Shown here: positions 1 through 14,046 of the stretch, in pieces
Layout of the letters: the number at the start of each line of letters is the position of its first letter
Position numbering within the stretch: position 1 is the first letter of the stretch
Source: Trichodelitschia bisporula
Lineage: Eukaryota
NCBI GenBank assembly: GCA_010356995.1
Contig: ML996700.1
Coordinates: forward strand, 434,001 to 498,000
Length of the DNA: 64,000 nucleotides
Direction: 5' to 3'
Translations under genes and position numbers: made by a program
Notes under the pieces: model-generated
Told to the model about the DNA's origin: nothing
Databases searched by the model: none
The model's input: the letters and a program-made list of their open reading frames with translations, nothing else

Positions 1-111
1 TGTGCCGCAAGCCACTGATAGGCGTGTGCGCCGCCTTTCCCCACTCCGGGATTTGAAGTCGTGCAAACGTCCAATGGGCGTGTCGCCTACAACCTCGAGA
101 TAATGTGGATA

Positions 112-493
112 AGTTGGATATCAGTTGGATATCAGTTGGATATCAGTTGGATATCAGTTGGATATCAGTTGGATATCAGTTGGATAAGTTGGATACCAGT
201 TGAATAAGTTGGATATCAGTTGGATATCAGTTGAATAAGTTGGATACCAGTTGAATAAGTTGGATATCAGTTGGATATCAGTTGGATATCAGTTGAATAA
301 GTTGGATACCAGTTGAATAAGTTGGATATCAGTTGGATATCAGTTGAATAAGTTGGATACCAGTTGAACAAGTTGGATATCAGTTGGATATCAGTTGGAT
401 ATCATTTGGATATCAGTTGGATATCAGTTGGATAAGTTGGATACCAGTTGAATAAGTTGGATAAAGTTGGATACCAGTTGAAAAAGTTGGATA
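112..493. repeat. Compound minisatellite of AGTTGGATATC / AGTTGGATACC / AGTTGAATA / AGTTGGATA units
   Basis: About 37 tandem 9-11 bp units, nearly all starting AGTTG, read directly from the sequence. Confidence 0.97.
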
Positions 494-1149
494 AGTGGCT
501 GGATATAGGGGAATAAGGGCTCTTGGGCAAATGGACAAAGTTCAAAGGGAACGGGTCGAGGGACTTGCCAAGGGAATGTCGTGGGATAGTCTCGAGGCAC
601 AAGGCACCAACCAAGACTCGATGTGCCCCTTGCATTGGCGTTGATGTCTTGGAGGGGAGCTCTGGTTGGCGTGTGCCTGGCCGTTCCTGACCCACTTCAG
701 CTTAGTGATTGGCCTAACGCCAGAAGGCCCGTCCTCAAATCTCGCGCGTTGCCCCAATTCCTATCGAGTCGGATCTTCGTCTCTTTCTCTTTACCCCCTT
801 CCTCGCAAACAGCGTTTGTCCCTTATCGTCAATTCATCGTCTTCGCGACACACACTCCTTTGACCATCTACAACTTCGCACTGTTATCCATACAGTAGTC
901 ATTCCTTTTTTGCGCTTTACAACACGGTTACGACGAGAGAGACCCGCAATTGCTGTGCTTTTGCCTGCCTCGCATCGCGCTCGAACCTCACACCGAACAA
1001 CTTAATCGAACAACTGGAAGTGCCTAGCGCACCCTATCCCCCTCCTTTGAACGAGCAACCCCAAAGCAAGCCTTTGTCCCGAAAGTTCACCCAAACCTAC
1101 CCTCATAATATCACACTATCAACACCCCACTCACATTCGATAATCAACA

Positions 1150-2328
1150 ATGGCCCGGCGCATCCTTCTGACGGCGCTCTGCAGCGCCCTCGCTGCTGCG
1201 CAGACCTGGACCTATTGCAACCCGCTCAACACGACATGTCCTGCGAACCCAGCACTGGGCGGCCACGCGGAGTTCGACTTCACCAAGGAATCCGCCAACC
1301 CCAAGATCTGGAACATGACGGCGGGGCCGATGAAGTATGGCTCGTCGGCCGAGTTCACCATCCACGAGCGCGGACAATCCCCCACCATCCAGAGCAACTT
1401 CTTCATCTTCTTCGGCCGCCTCGAGGTGATGATGCAGGCGGCCGCGGGCACGGGCATCATCAGCACCATCGTGCTTCAGTCGGACGATCTGGATGAGGTG
1501 GACTGGGAAATCATAGGCGGCAACCGCACCCATGTCGAGTCCAACTTCTTCGGCAAGGGCAACACGACGTCGTACGATCGCGCTATCTACCATCCGGTCG
1601 ATGTCGCCCCGCAGGACGGCTACCACAACTACACCGTTGACTGGACCAAAGAGAAGATGGAATGGTACTACGACGGTCATCTTTTGCGCACGTTGAGATA
1701 TGACGATCCGCTCGCGCTGTGGGGCAAGACGTATCCTCAGACGCCGATGAACGTCCGCCTGGTAAGTTTTTTTTTATCGCTTTTAAGGGGCGCGGGACTA
1801 ACAAGGCACAGGGCATCTGGTCTGCTGGTGATGAGAGTCTCAACAAGTACACGATCGAGTGGGCCGGCGGCCTGACGGACTGGAGCAAGCTACCCTTCAC
1901 CATGCTGATCAAGGGCATCAACGTCACGGACTACTCAACCGGGTCGGAGTATACATACGGCGACCACTCTGGCAGCTGGCAGAGCATTAAGATCAAGGGG
2001 TACGTACCACTTTCCGTCTCCCAAAGACCAGGCTAATAAGACTAGGGGCAACTCAACCGCCATGACCGAAATCAACAAGCCAGTCGGCGTCTCGGGCCGG
2101 TGGAACGCGCTCTCTTCAGGCACACGTGCAGGCATCGTCATCGGCGCTGCCGCGGGCTTCGTGGTGCTTATCGCAGCGCTGCTCGGCTTCTGCATTGTAC
2201 AGGGCCGGGCTGGGCGCAAGGAGAAGGCGGCGGCAGACGCGAAGTGGGAGGAGGAGCAGAAGGACCTCAACGAGTACCGGCTAAAGATGATGAAGGGGGG
2301 CTTCAGTGCTGAGGGAGGGAAGTACTAG
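1150..2328 (+). CDS. GH16 chitin-glucan transglycosylase (Crh1/Utr2-like) with C-terminal transmembrane helix
   Basis: Signal peptide, CNPL..CP motif, catalytic DLDEVDWE, YHNYTVDWT, PQTPM..RLGIW. Introns 1762-1811 and 2000-2045 join three ORFs in frame. Hydrophobic GIVIGAAAGFVVLIAALLGFCIV tail. Confidence 0.9.
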
Positions 2329-2991
2329 TGCTAGTTATGGGTGTGATTTTGCGTGTTTTGATCTAGCAGGGCTTCTCGGATGGGCAGCTTGGTGTTTGGG
2401 TTCGGTGGTGACGGCTTCGGTAACTCTTTGTGCATATGTGCGCAGAGAGCGGCAATGATCAGTTCAACTTGATTTTCGTATGTTCGTGATTGATTTCGTG
2501 TTTGAGCCTTCCTGCAGCCTTGCGCATGGACCCGCTAAACCTGGCCCTCGTCAAGCAATTTACGCGAAACGCAGCACATCCGACACCTTACTTCTCCCCA
2601 GCGATGCAAGATTGACGAGGGAAACCACGGTAGGGCCGGCTAATTATACCTCCGCGCCTCCAAATATGGGACGGTGCCCCGATGCCCACGAATGGTCGAC
2701 CACAATATCGAGCTATCAGCCTGGATCGACTGGTTGGTTCTAGCCTCGGCGGTGACCGAAGGAAGGATATATGCACTATGCGCGATAGTAACTATCCGTG
2801 GGGGCTGGGCGTAGTTCGCCATGGAGGTGGGAACGGACGGGATGGAGAAGGAGCGACTTGTGGGGGAGGGTGGAACGTTATATACCCTCCAGACCCCTCC
2901 TCGCGCACGATGTCTGAACATCTCCTTCTCATCCGCACTATTTGTCGATCAGAGCTTGTTTCTCAAAGGACCTTACAACAGCGCATCCACC

Positions 2992-3781
2992 ATGCGTCTC
3001 AACACCCTCCTCCCCCTCCCGCTCCTCCTCGCCCTCACCGCCGCCCAAGACTCGAACATCCTCACCACAGCCGGCTTCCCAGAATGCAGCGTACCTCCCC
3101 TCCCCTCCCCTCCCCTCCCCGCCCTCACCCTAACCCATCCCTTCTAACCCACCCGCCCAGATCCCCTGTCTCCAATCCGCTGTCTCCTCCTCCCCATGCG
3201 CCCCAACTGACCTCGTCTGCCAATGCACGACCGGGTACGACCACATCCAGAATTCCGCTGCGGACTGCCTTCTCAGCAACTCGAAGTGCACCCCCGACGA
3301 CCAGGACAAGATCTTGCAGGCGAGCATTGCGCTGTGCACGGGGGTCAGGGGCGCGGCGGGGAGTGCGGCGGCGAAGCCCACGGCGCATGTGGGCATGGAG
3401 GGGCATGAGGGGATGGATATGATGGATATGAGCACTTCTGGGAGCGCGACGGCAACTGGGCATGGCACGAAGGATGTGGGTGCGGAGTCGACGAGTGCGA
3501 CGGCAACGGGGCATGGCACGAAGGATGTGGGCGCGGAGTCGACGAGTGCGACTGCAAAGCCGACGGGCCATGCGGGGCATGAGGGGATGGATATGGGCTC
3601 GTCGTCGGCGACGAAGGCGGATGTTGCTACGGCGGTGGTGACGAGTTCGAAGGGGAGTGCGAGTGCGAGTGCGAGTGCGAGTGCGAGTGGGACTGCGGCG
3701 GCGGCGAAGGCGGAGGGGAGGAAGATGAGGGTGGGGGTTGGGTTGGGGGCGCTGGGGTTGGGGGTTGCGGTTTTTGTGTAA
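2992..3781 (+). CDS. Secreted, probably GPI-anchored CFEM-domain protein with His/Met-rich and Ser/Thr/Ala-rich stalk (239 aa)
   Basis: Signal peptide MRLNTLLPLPLLLALTAA. After removing intron 3091-3160 the 8-Cys pattern PECS-IPCL..SPCAPTDLVCQC..DCL..KC..ALC appears. Hydrophobic C-terminus. Confidence 0.85.
3442..3552 (+). repeat. Coding tandem repeat, 51-bp period (SATATGHGTKDVGAEST x2 plus partial)
   Basis: Near-identical copies start at 3442 and 3493, with a partial third at 3544. Confidence 0.9.
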
Positions 3782-5213
3782 GTGCTGGGTCGGAGTTGCG
3801 CTAGAGGGTGGGCAGAGGGGAGAGAGAGAATATATAATGCCGGTAGATGATAACCTGTATTCGAAATGGGACTTGCAACTGGTGTGGGAGGTGCGTTTAA
3901 GGTCCATCTTGTGTATTTCAGCTGGCCGCCACTCCCGCGAGCGGATGCGAGGAGCTGAACTCGTATCACAGCCGCACGAGGCTGCCAAGTCGGGAGGCTG
4001 TAACGACGCCAATCCGTACATTGTAAGAGCGTCAGGTTCTTTGGAGTGACATTGGGTTGCAGGCTAGCATTGCTCTACAGAGTAGTTCTAGTGTCGGATG
4101 AACCTGACGGGCTGGAAATACCAACAAAGTCAGCTTTCATCGGCGTGATAACGGAGGACTGTAAGGCCTCGATGCTCCTTGCGGATAAGAATAGTAGTTG
4201 CCTACTTCAACCCTAGACCCCATGCGGGGGTGGGGCAACCATTTATTGCCATAGACCCACAAGGGATTCAGTGAAACGCAAGCGGCGCACGCGGCGCACG
4301 CGGCGCTATCCCGACGTCTTCTCATCTTCACACAGTGTACGTAGTATTTCAGGTTTTGAAGCGACTTTCACGAGTCTCATCTAGTCCTTCATTTGGACTC
4401 TCCTCGAACAGTCGGATGCCATCACCCACGAACGGTGGCCATACTCTGCCTACCATAGCCACGATACCCCGCAATTACCTACGACGGAGAGCGGCACAGC
4501 AGCGTAGTTCTAGATGTTGGCAGTGGCGCGTTACAGTGCAGAATCTCACTTGCATGTTCCCCTTCCCCATGGCATTACATTTCGTAAAAACGCGGGGTAA
4601 GACTTCTAGAAAGTTGGCAGAAGGCTTTGTTCCTCTTCCCCGGGGACATGTCCGGTCAAAAGGCGCCTTCCTCCACCTGCGTCAGCCAAGACCGCGCGGC
4701 TCATGCAAGGCGTTTGCGAAGCTCTGAGCCGCGGACTTTTGAGATCGCGACTGCAGACGACTTCAACGAAACGTCGAGATACTTTCTACAGTTCTCATAT
4801 TTTTCCAGGAAGCTACTTTACCTCAGGCGCTCATACATTGGCCGACGAACTGTTCGCACTTACAAGTACCCATTACACGACCTCAAGTATCCCGCCACCC
4901 GTCCCCTGCGGTGCAACCCACAGCTGTGCAATCCATGACGATCTTTCGTTACCCCAGCTTACGGGTATGCATCTAGCTGGCTTGAGCAGCAAGTCCCGAA
5001 TCCTGCAGGCCCCAAAACCTGGCCACCAAATTTCCCCACACCCCAGGCCCTCGACGGCACGCACGTGCATCTCGCGGATTCAAACAGCTGCATTTAACCA
5101 TGGTTCACCCAGTGGCCCCCCTCCCGGCTACGGTACCCCGCCGGCCTCTTCATCAGTCTGAAAGGCGTCGCGTCACTATACCCGCCAAACACAGACTTCT
5201 CGTTTCGACTACA

Positions 5214-8200
5214 ATGTGGTTACTCCTCTTCCTCAGCCTGGCCTCCCTAGTCGTTCCCGGCCGTCTCTATCCCACTTCCTTCGACAATGTCACTTGGGAT
5301 GAGGATAATTGGCGACTTGAGACGACGTTTCTCGACCAGGGCCATTACCAGAGCCGCATGTCGTTGGGCAATGGCTACTTGGGCATCAATGTCGCGGCCG
5401 TGGGACCGTTCTTCGAGGTTGACAGTCCCGTCGCCGGTGATGTCATCAGTGGATGGCCGCTATTCAACCGCCGACAGTCGTTTGCCACGGTTGCGGGTTT
5501 CTTTGACTCTCAGGAGCGGACAAATGGGACGAATTACGACTGGCTGTATCAGTATGGCGGAGAGAGTGTGATTAGCGGTGTGCCCCATTGGGCGGGACTG
5601 GTGGTCCAGCATGAGAAGAAGTACCTCTCGGCCGGCGTGGATGAGAAGCAGATTTCAAACTTCCGGTCGACATTGGATGTACGAAAAGGACTGTTCACTT
5701 GGGAGTACACTTGGACGCCAAACAATGTGTCTTTCGACATTGTGTACTCGGCTTTCGTCCACAAGTTGAACGTCAACCAAGCTGCCGTCCAGCTCAGCAT
5801 TACCCCGTCCGAGGACGCCAACTTTACTGTCATTGATGTTCTGGAGGGCGATTGCGCTGTGCGGACCGATTTCATCAACAAGAGCTTCGTTGCGGACAGT
5901 CCGACCATTTGGAGCGCCGTCCGTCCGGTCGGGATCAGCAACGTCACGGCCTATATCTACTCGACCCTCGCCGGCGACTCGACAGTCAACCTGGCCAGCC
6001 GCGCGCATGTGCTCGGCGCACCCTTCATGGGCGCCAATGACTCATCCATTGCCCAGGCCGTCACCGTGAATGGCGTGAAGAACCGGACCAGCGTCATCAC
6101 GAAATACATAGGCGGAGCCTCGACGGACGCATATCCCGACCCCCAGTCCACCGCGAAATCAGCATCCCTCGATGGTGCAGCTACCGGCTATGACACGCTC
6201 CTAACCTCGCATATCGGGGAGTGGAACGCCATTATGCCGCGGGATTCCGTCGACTCGTACGCGCTGCCTGACGGATCGTTGCCGGGTGACTTGGACATTG
6301 TCGAGCTGCACATTACGTCAGTGACAAACACTTTCTATCTGCTGGAGAACACTATTGGTGCCAACGCCATCGCCGCGGCGGGCAATAACTCGCAGCTGAA
6401 TGTACACAGCATCTCGGTGTGCGGGCTGGGCTCGGACTGTTACGCCGGGCTTATCTTCTGGGACGCGGAGGTGTGGATGGCGCCCGGCCTGGTCGTATCG
6501 CATCCTGATGCCGCGCAGCAAATCGCGCGGTATCGTGCCGATAAACTGCCCCAGGCGAAGGAGAATGTCAAGATGGCGTTCGAGTCGTCTCAGAACGCAA
6601 CTGGCAAGTTCAGCGAGGGCGGTGCCGTGTATCCGTGGACCAGTGGCCGGTTCGGCAATTGCACGGGTACCGGGCCATGCTTCGACTACGAGTATCATCT
6701 CAATGGGGATATTGGTCTGCAGCTGTACAACTACTTGGTTGCAACTGGCGATGCGGAGTACTTCAAGAAGGAGCTCTGGCCTGTGTACGATGCCATTGCT
6801 TGGTTTTACGGGGAGTTGTTGACGAAGAATGGCACGGATGGGAAGTATGTGCTTACGAATGCGACGGATCCGGTATGTCTTTTCTCGTAAGGTCGTGCAG
6901 TTGTGCTAATAGATCAGGACGAATACGCCAACAATATCGATAACCCTGGCTTCACGCTCCCTCTCATCCAGACGCACCTCGATGCCGCCAATAACCTGCG
7001 AGCCAGATTTGGCGCCCCCCTTAACAAGACTTGGGTAGATATCAGCAAAGACATCACCATCCCCGTTAACACGGATGCGGACATCATCCTCGAATATTCG
7101 GGTATGAACGGCTCCATCTCAGTCAAGCAAGCCGACGTAGTCCTCATCGACGACTTCCTCGACTTCAACTCTCCCTACTCCCTGAACGATCTGAACTACT
7201 ACGCCGCTAAGCAGTCATCCAACGGGCCGGGAATGACATATGGCGTGTTCAGCATCGTCGCCAATGAGATCTCCCCCTCCGGCTGCTCCGCCTACACCTA
7301 CCATCTCTACGCCACCCAGCCCTACGCCCGTGCCCCCTGGTTCCAGTACTCAGAGCAGCTAGTGGATGACTACACAGCGAACGGCGGCACGCACCCCGCG
7401 TACCCCTTCCTGACCGGCATGGGCGGTGCGCACCGCGTCGCTATCTTCGGCTACCTGGGCCTACGCCTGAAGCTCGACAGCCTGAACGTGGACCCCAATC
7501 TGCCGCCGCACGTGCAATACCTCACCTACCGGACCTTCTACTGGCAAGGCCACCCCGTCAAGGCATACTCGAACCAGACGCATACGGTGCTCTCCAGGCC
7601 GGCGAATGTGGCGCCTCTGGCCGTCGCCAATGCCTCGCTCGCCGACGCCCCGATCCCGGTTACTATCGGCATCAACGGCACGACGGTGCACCCGCTCTCC
7701 CCGGGCGGCGAGCTCGTCCTGCGCAACCGGCAGCTCGGGCACGTCCTCACGGCCCCGGGCAACATCCTGCAGTGCCACCCCGGGGTTTCCCCGCAGCCCT
7801 ACGTGCCGGGCCAGATCCCGCACGCCGCGATCGACGGCGCCATCAGCACGAAGTGGCAGCCGCGGGACAACGGTACCGCATGGGTGCAGGTCGATCTGCG
7901 CGACCAGGCGCCGCGCGAGATCAAGCGCGTAGTCTTCGACTGGGCGCAGAATCCAGCGCTGAAGTGGAAGGTCGAGGTAGCGAACGCGAGTGGGGCGTGG
8001 GATGGGGATTTTACGAGGAGTGGGGTGAAGCTGGTGGCGGAGGGGAGGGGCGAGGTGAGTTCCCCGTGGGACGATGCGAGGAAGGCGGAGGTGGTGCCGT
8101 ATACGAGTAATACGACTAGTGTGGAGGTTGGGGGGGCTTGGAGTGGGTGGTGGGCGAGGTTGACGGTTGAGGGGAGTTGGTTGGGGGGGGAGGGGGCGAC

Positions 8201-8231
8201 GGTTGCGGAGTGGGTGCTTGTTGGGGCGTGA
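5214..8231 (+). CDS. ATH1: Acid trehalase, GH65 (ATH1/TreA-like) with C-terminal F5/8-type-C-like module
   Basis: YQSRMSLGNGYLG, YAGLIFWDAEVW, TDP|DEYAN across intron 6873-6917, VKQADVVL, HPAYPFLTGMGG, AAIDGAISTKWQP. Confidence 0.9.
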
Positions 8232-8948
8232 GGGGGGGGGTATAAAGGACGCGTTGGGGGATTGTTTGGGTAGCGAGCATTTCTTTGGCGGGACGAGGCT
8301 ACGATTCATGAGGGATGAGTGATGCGATCGTTTTGCGGATACTCCTTTAGCGGTGGGTTGGATGGCAGCCTTGCATTTGCTGGGTATGTAATGGATAATG
8401 GACGGTCCCTGGCTTCACGATGAGCCCAACAGCACGTAGTAAATAACACGGTACTCTCTCCTCGAGATTTCAAGAGACGAAAATCCGTGATGATGTGAAG
8501 TCAAAAGCAGCCAGTCATGCCGTCATCCCGCCAGCCAATCCTAGCAACAACTTTCACCGCCCAGGCAGCCGTTGGCCGTTGACCGGTGGCGCACACGCGC
8601 TGTGGCTGACACCACTTTACGCCGCCCATTCTGCGGGCGGCGGCGAAAAGGCCAAGTAAAGTTCAAGACCGTCCAATGTCCCGTCCGCTTTCAAAATCCT
8701 TCCTCCCTTTTCCCATCTTCTTCACTTTCCCATTCTCTCTCACGGCTCTACATATCTTGCCCTCGCTCTTATAATCCCGACACCTACCTGTCCTTCCTCC
8801 CGCTCCCGCTCCCGCTCCCCCGCCCCGCCTCCCTACGGCCCCCTCCCTTCGGTCGGCACACCTCGGTCAGCGGACCCGCAGCGGAGACTCGTACGCGTCA
8901 ACCCACGCCCGCACTCGCGCCTTTCCCCGCGCCAACCGCACAGCCGCC

Positions 8949-9596
8949 ATGGGCGGCAGCTTGAGTAAAGTGTGGAGCTTGCTGTGGTCGAAGAAGGAGA
9001 TCCGGATTCTGATTCTCGGGCTCGTGAGTCGGGTTCTGCGTTAGCAAGGGCCAGACGTTGGTGCTAACCAGGACAGGACAACGCGGGGAAGACGACTCTG
9101 TTGTACCGGTTGAAGATCGGAGAGGTGGTGACTACGATTCCCACGATCGGCTTCAACGTCGAGAGCGTCACGTACCGCAACCTCAACCTCAACGTCTGGG
9201 ACCTAGGCGGGCAAACGAGCATCCGGCCTTACTGGCGGTGCTACTACGCCAACACCGCAGCCGTAATCTTCGTCGTCGATAGCACGGATATCGAGCGCCT
9301 GACCACGGCGGCGGAGGAATTGGCTGCTATGCTTGCGGAGGAGGAGTTGAGGGATGCGGCGCTGCTGGTGTTTGCGAATAAGCAGGATCAGCCGGGCGCG
9401 AAGGGGGCGGGGGAGATAAGTGAGGCGCTGAGGTTGGGGGAGCTGAGGGATCGGAATTGGACGATTGTGAGCTGCTCGGCTATTGATGGACGCGGGGTTA
9501 GTGAGGGGATGGATTGGCTTGTAGTGAGTGGGCTCGGTTTGGGTTTGGATGGGGTGATGCTAATGGGTGCAGCAAACTGTCGCGGCGGATAATTAG
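8949..9596 (+). CDS. ARL1: ADP-ribosylation factor-like GTPase Arl1
   Basis: MGGS myristoylation start, ILGL|DNAGKT P-loop across intron 9024-9076, [21 protein letters not shown]. Second intron 9524-9572. Confidence 0.95.
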
Positions 9597-10375
9597 CCGG
9601 TGTGTGGGGGAGTTCGGCGTTTGCGGGCTGAGCATGGGCAAGGGGATGCGGATGCGGGGAGGATAATCGCAGCGTGGAGTTGGGGGGGGTGCTCTTGTGG
9701 GGATTAATGCGTGTAGGGAGAGGTTGAGCTGGATGGATGGACGATGATTGAGAGTGGACGGGCGGAATTGCGCAGATGAGATCGCATAGCATATGGACTT
9801 GAAGGGACATATCGTCATTAGTGAGTGCGCATGGCCGCGCTGCTATGCTGACTCTTATTTTCCTCACATAGCCTTCGAAGACTGTTGACGGGCTATGCTC
9901 CTCTACTCCTACCCATCTTTTTCCCATCCAGCCAGAACAGGCCGCAGCAGGTAATCCAACCACCGCGGATCAGTATACGGAGTTGGACGCGATATTAACT
10001 CAGTGAGCCGGCGCAACGTCAAGCCGGAGTGATTCACAACCGTCACTTTCCGTACGTCCCAACTCACGATCCTCGCCACCACGAACTATGCAGGATCCCG
10101 CTCGCAGGGCGCCACCCTTGTACCCGAAAGTACTAAGAATGTCTTTATCTCCAGTCTGTGGCCCGAGTTGCGGATGCCGGTGTATGCTAGCGGGTGGGTC
10201 GGGCGAGACGCAGGGTATGCTGTATGACTCAGCCTTTTAATCTGCGGCTCGAGTGCGTGATGGTATCTGAGACGGCACGGCTCAGTTGCGAGCTAGCCTG
10301 GTGATGAAAGGCGCGCTGGATGAGGAGCCGCGCCTTCGGATTCCCGCATAGACAGTACCCGTAGCGGTGATGGGA

Positions 10376-10391
10376 GGGGGGGGGGGGGGGG
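10376..10391. repeat. Poly-G tract (16 G) in intergenic region
   Basis: Direct reading. Confidence 0.85.
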
Positions 10392-10853
10392 AGGAAGGGG
10401 GGACTGGGCACGTGGAGTGGTTTGCTCTGTACGGTAGTTGAGCAAGCGCGCAGCAAGCCATTGATGTTACTTTTCTCTTTGAATCTATACATACTGATTC
10501 TACATCCGTATTTGTCAAACTCGCACTGATACCGAAGCAGACCCTCACTTCATATCCCATCTCTTCCATCTGCCCACCAACGACTGCAAGGCTGTGGCGC
10601 GGTCAAATGGAGGGCCCTAACCTAAAACAGACTAGACGTGGCGCGGAGTGGGGGAAAATGGATCTGGGTCTGCGGCAGTGCACGGACGGGCTGCAGCTCC
10701 GCTAACTTTTCAGATTCGTCCGAATTGCAAAAGTCCAACGACAACAATAACAACCTGCGACCCCCACCTCTTCACTTTACATTTCCCTCACCTCCATCTT
10801 CTCCTTCTTACTCTCCTCCTCTACTCGTACACTTCGGCTCTCTACCATACGCC

Positions 10854-12203
<1,350 letters not shown>

Positions 12204-12768
12204 ACGGGAGACGTTCTTCTTGGGATACAGGCAGGGCAAGGGGTAGGGCGAATGTCGGGTGTTCGAGGGTTGGCATTAGTGGGTAAGGGCTTTGCGGCTT
12301 TTTCGGTCGAGAGGCTCCGTTTCCGGAGTTGTGGATAGTCCATCGGTCTGTCGTCATCTGGGTGCTGGGTGGGATGCATGGATGGTGAAAGGGTGGTGGG
12401 CGTGGGCGTGTGGGCAGGATTAGACGAAGTAGAAAACAATAGCCAGCTGATTGTTGCCTGCTTTTGTGGTGTACAGTACGTGTTTGGAGTTGTGAGTGGG
12501 TAAGGAGAGTGCATGGCATGTGAGGCTGATAGAGACTCCTTCCCCTAAGGACATCGGCCAAAACAAGCAATGGTCCGTGCGCCGCCCAGCACAGTACGAA
12601 CATGCGCAAATCACATCGCGTCCGAAGCCCCTCGAGTCCTGACTTCGGGAATACGTAGACGACAACCTTTCCCTCTTCAGTTCACTCCTTAGACTACACC
12701 TTCTCCCCATCCCGTCTTATATCCCAGCGGAGAACCACACCCGCCCCAGACCGCATGTGCAGCACGCG

Positions 12769-13946
12769 ATGACCGCCAACTCGCGTCTAGCATGGCCGCT
12801 GCTCTTCCTCGCCGCGCTTCTTCTCCTCGCCGGCAGCGCGCACGCCTCGCTGGGCGACCGCCTCCCGGACTTCAAAGAATGCGTCAAGGTGTGCAGTGAT
12901 GTGCGCCTGAAGCTCCAACAGCTGACAGTCCCCAGGTGTGCAAGGAGGTCAATTGCGGCGATGACCCAACTCCGATTCGTATGCCTACCTCCCCCTTCGC
13001 ACCCGGGACAGATATACTGCGACGGAAGAGCGTTGAATAGAGCAATAGACTGATACCCGCAGCCCTGCACCGCCGGATCCTCCTCTGGACCTGCCCCGCC
13101 GAATGCGACCACACCTGCCAGCACATCGTGACGGACACGCGTCTGGCACGGGACCCGCCGTACCGGGAACCCGTCGTGCAGTTCCACGGCAAATGGCCCT
13201 TCCACCGCTTCCTGGGCCTGCAGGAGCCGTTCAGCGTGCTCTTCTCTCTGCTGAATTTCCTCGCCCATAGCGTGGGTATGTCGCTGCTGCGCGAGCGCAT
13301 CCCCGCTTCCTACGCCCTGCGCCGGTACTACTTGCTGTTCGGGTATTTTGGTTTGGTGAGCTGGACCGCGAGCATGGTGTTCCACGCGCGCGACTTCCCG
13401 CTCACCGAGAAGCTGGACTATTTCGCGGCGGGCGCGTCCGTGCTGTACGGCTTGTACTACACGCCCATCCGCATATTCCGGCTAGACCATAAATCGCCCG
13501 CGTGGAAGCCGGCTGCGCGCCGGTACTGGACGGGGCTGTGTATTTTCCTCTACACGGCCCATGTGGCGTATCTGACCCTCTGGTCGTGGGACTATACATA
13601 CAACATGGCCGCGAATGTCGCCGTCGGCGTGCTCAGCAACGCGATGTGGAGCTGGTTCAGCGTCGTGCGCTACCAGAAGCTGCAGCGCTTGTGGGCGGTT
13701 TGGCCGGGCCTGATCGTAGCGTGGATCATCATGGCGATGGGCCTCGAGCTGTTCGATTTCCCGCCGTGGGGCGGGATGCTGGATGCGCATAGCTTGTGGC
13801 ATCTGGGCACCGTGGGGCCGACGGTTTGGTGGTACAAGTACGCTTTCCCTTTCCGCTCCCTTGTCTGAGTAACCTTACTGACGTTCGCAAGTTTCCTGCT
13901 CCGTGATGCGCAGGAGGATTTGCAGAGCACGCGGTTGAAGGTATGA
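12769..13946 (+). CDS. PER1: Per1/PGAP3 GPI lipid-remodelling protein
   Basis: Signal peptide then ASLGD..F..C, QFHGKWPF.R.LG.QEPFSVLFS..N, FH.RD...TEKLDYF, ELFDFPP, DAHSLWH. Confidence 0.92.
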
Positions 13947-14046
13947 TGGCCTCTGTTTTCCGCAGTTCACGGAGCATGCCGCCTGTAGTATAATGTATGA
14001 TTTTTCAGGGTTGACTGAGTGCAGGCTAAGTGACGTCCATGCGCAT

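Noticed and set aside
112..493. CRISPR array or telomere
   Set aside because: There are no unique spacers, the units are only 9-11 bp, the context is eukaryotic, and the unit is not TTAGGG-like or terminal.
402..695. 97-aa minus-strand ORF
   Set aside because: It runs into the minisatellite, and its repeated FNWYPT peptide is a by-product of the repeat.
3128..3150. CCCTAACCC telomere-like hexamers
   Set aside because: They are intron branch-site (CTAAC) sequence in a C-rich intron and are not tandem.
3125..4021. Long antisense ORFs (298 and 279 aa) over the CFEM gene
   Set aside because: Shadow ORFs of GC-rich, low-complexity coding sequence. The same applies to antisense ORFs over trehalase, ZUO1, NDC80, PEX14 and the NRPS.
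8487..8610. Possible C/D-box snoRNA (GTGATGA ... CTGA)
   Set aside because: No terminal stem or recognisable rRNA-complementary guide is visible, and such short motifs are expected by chance.
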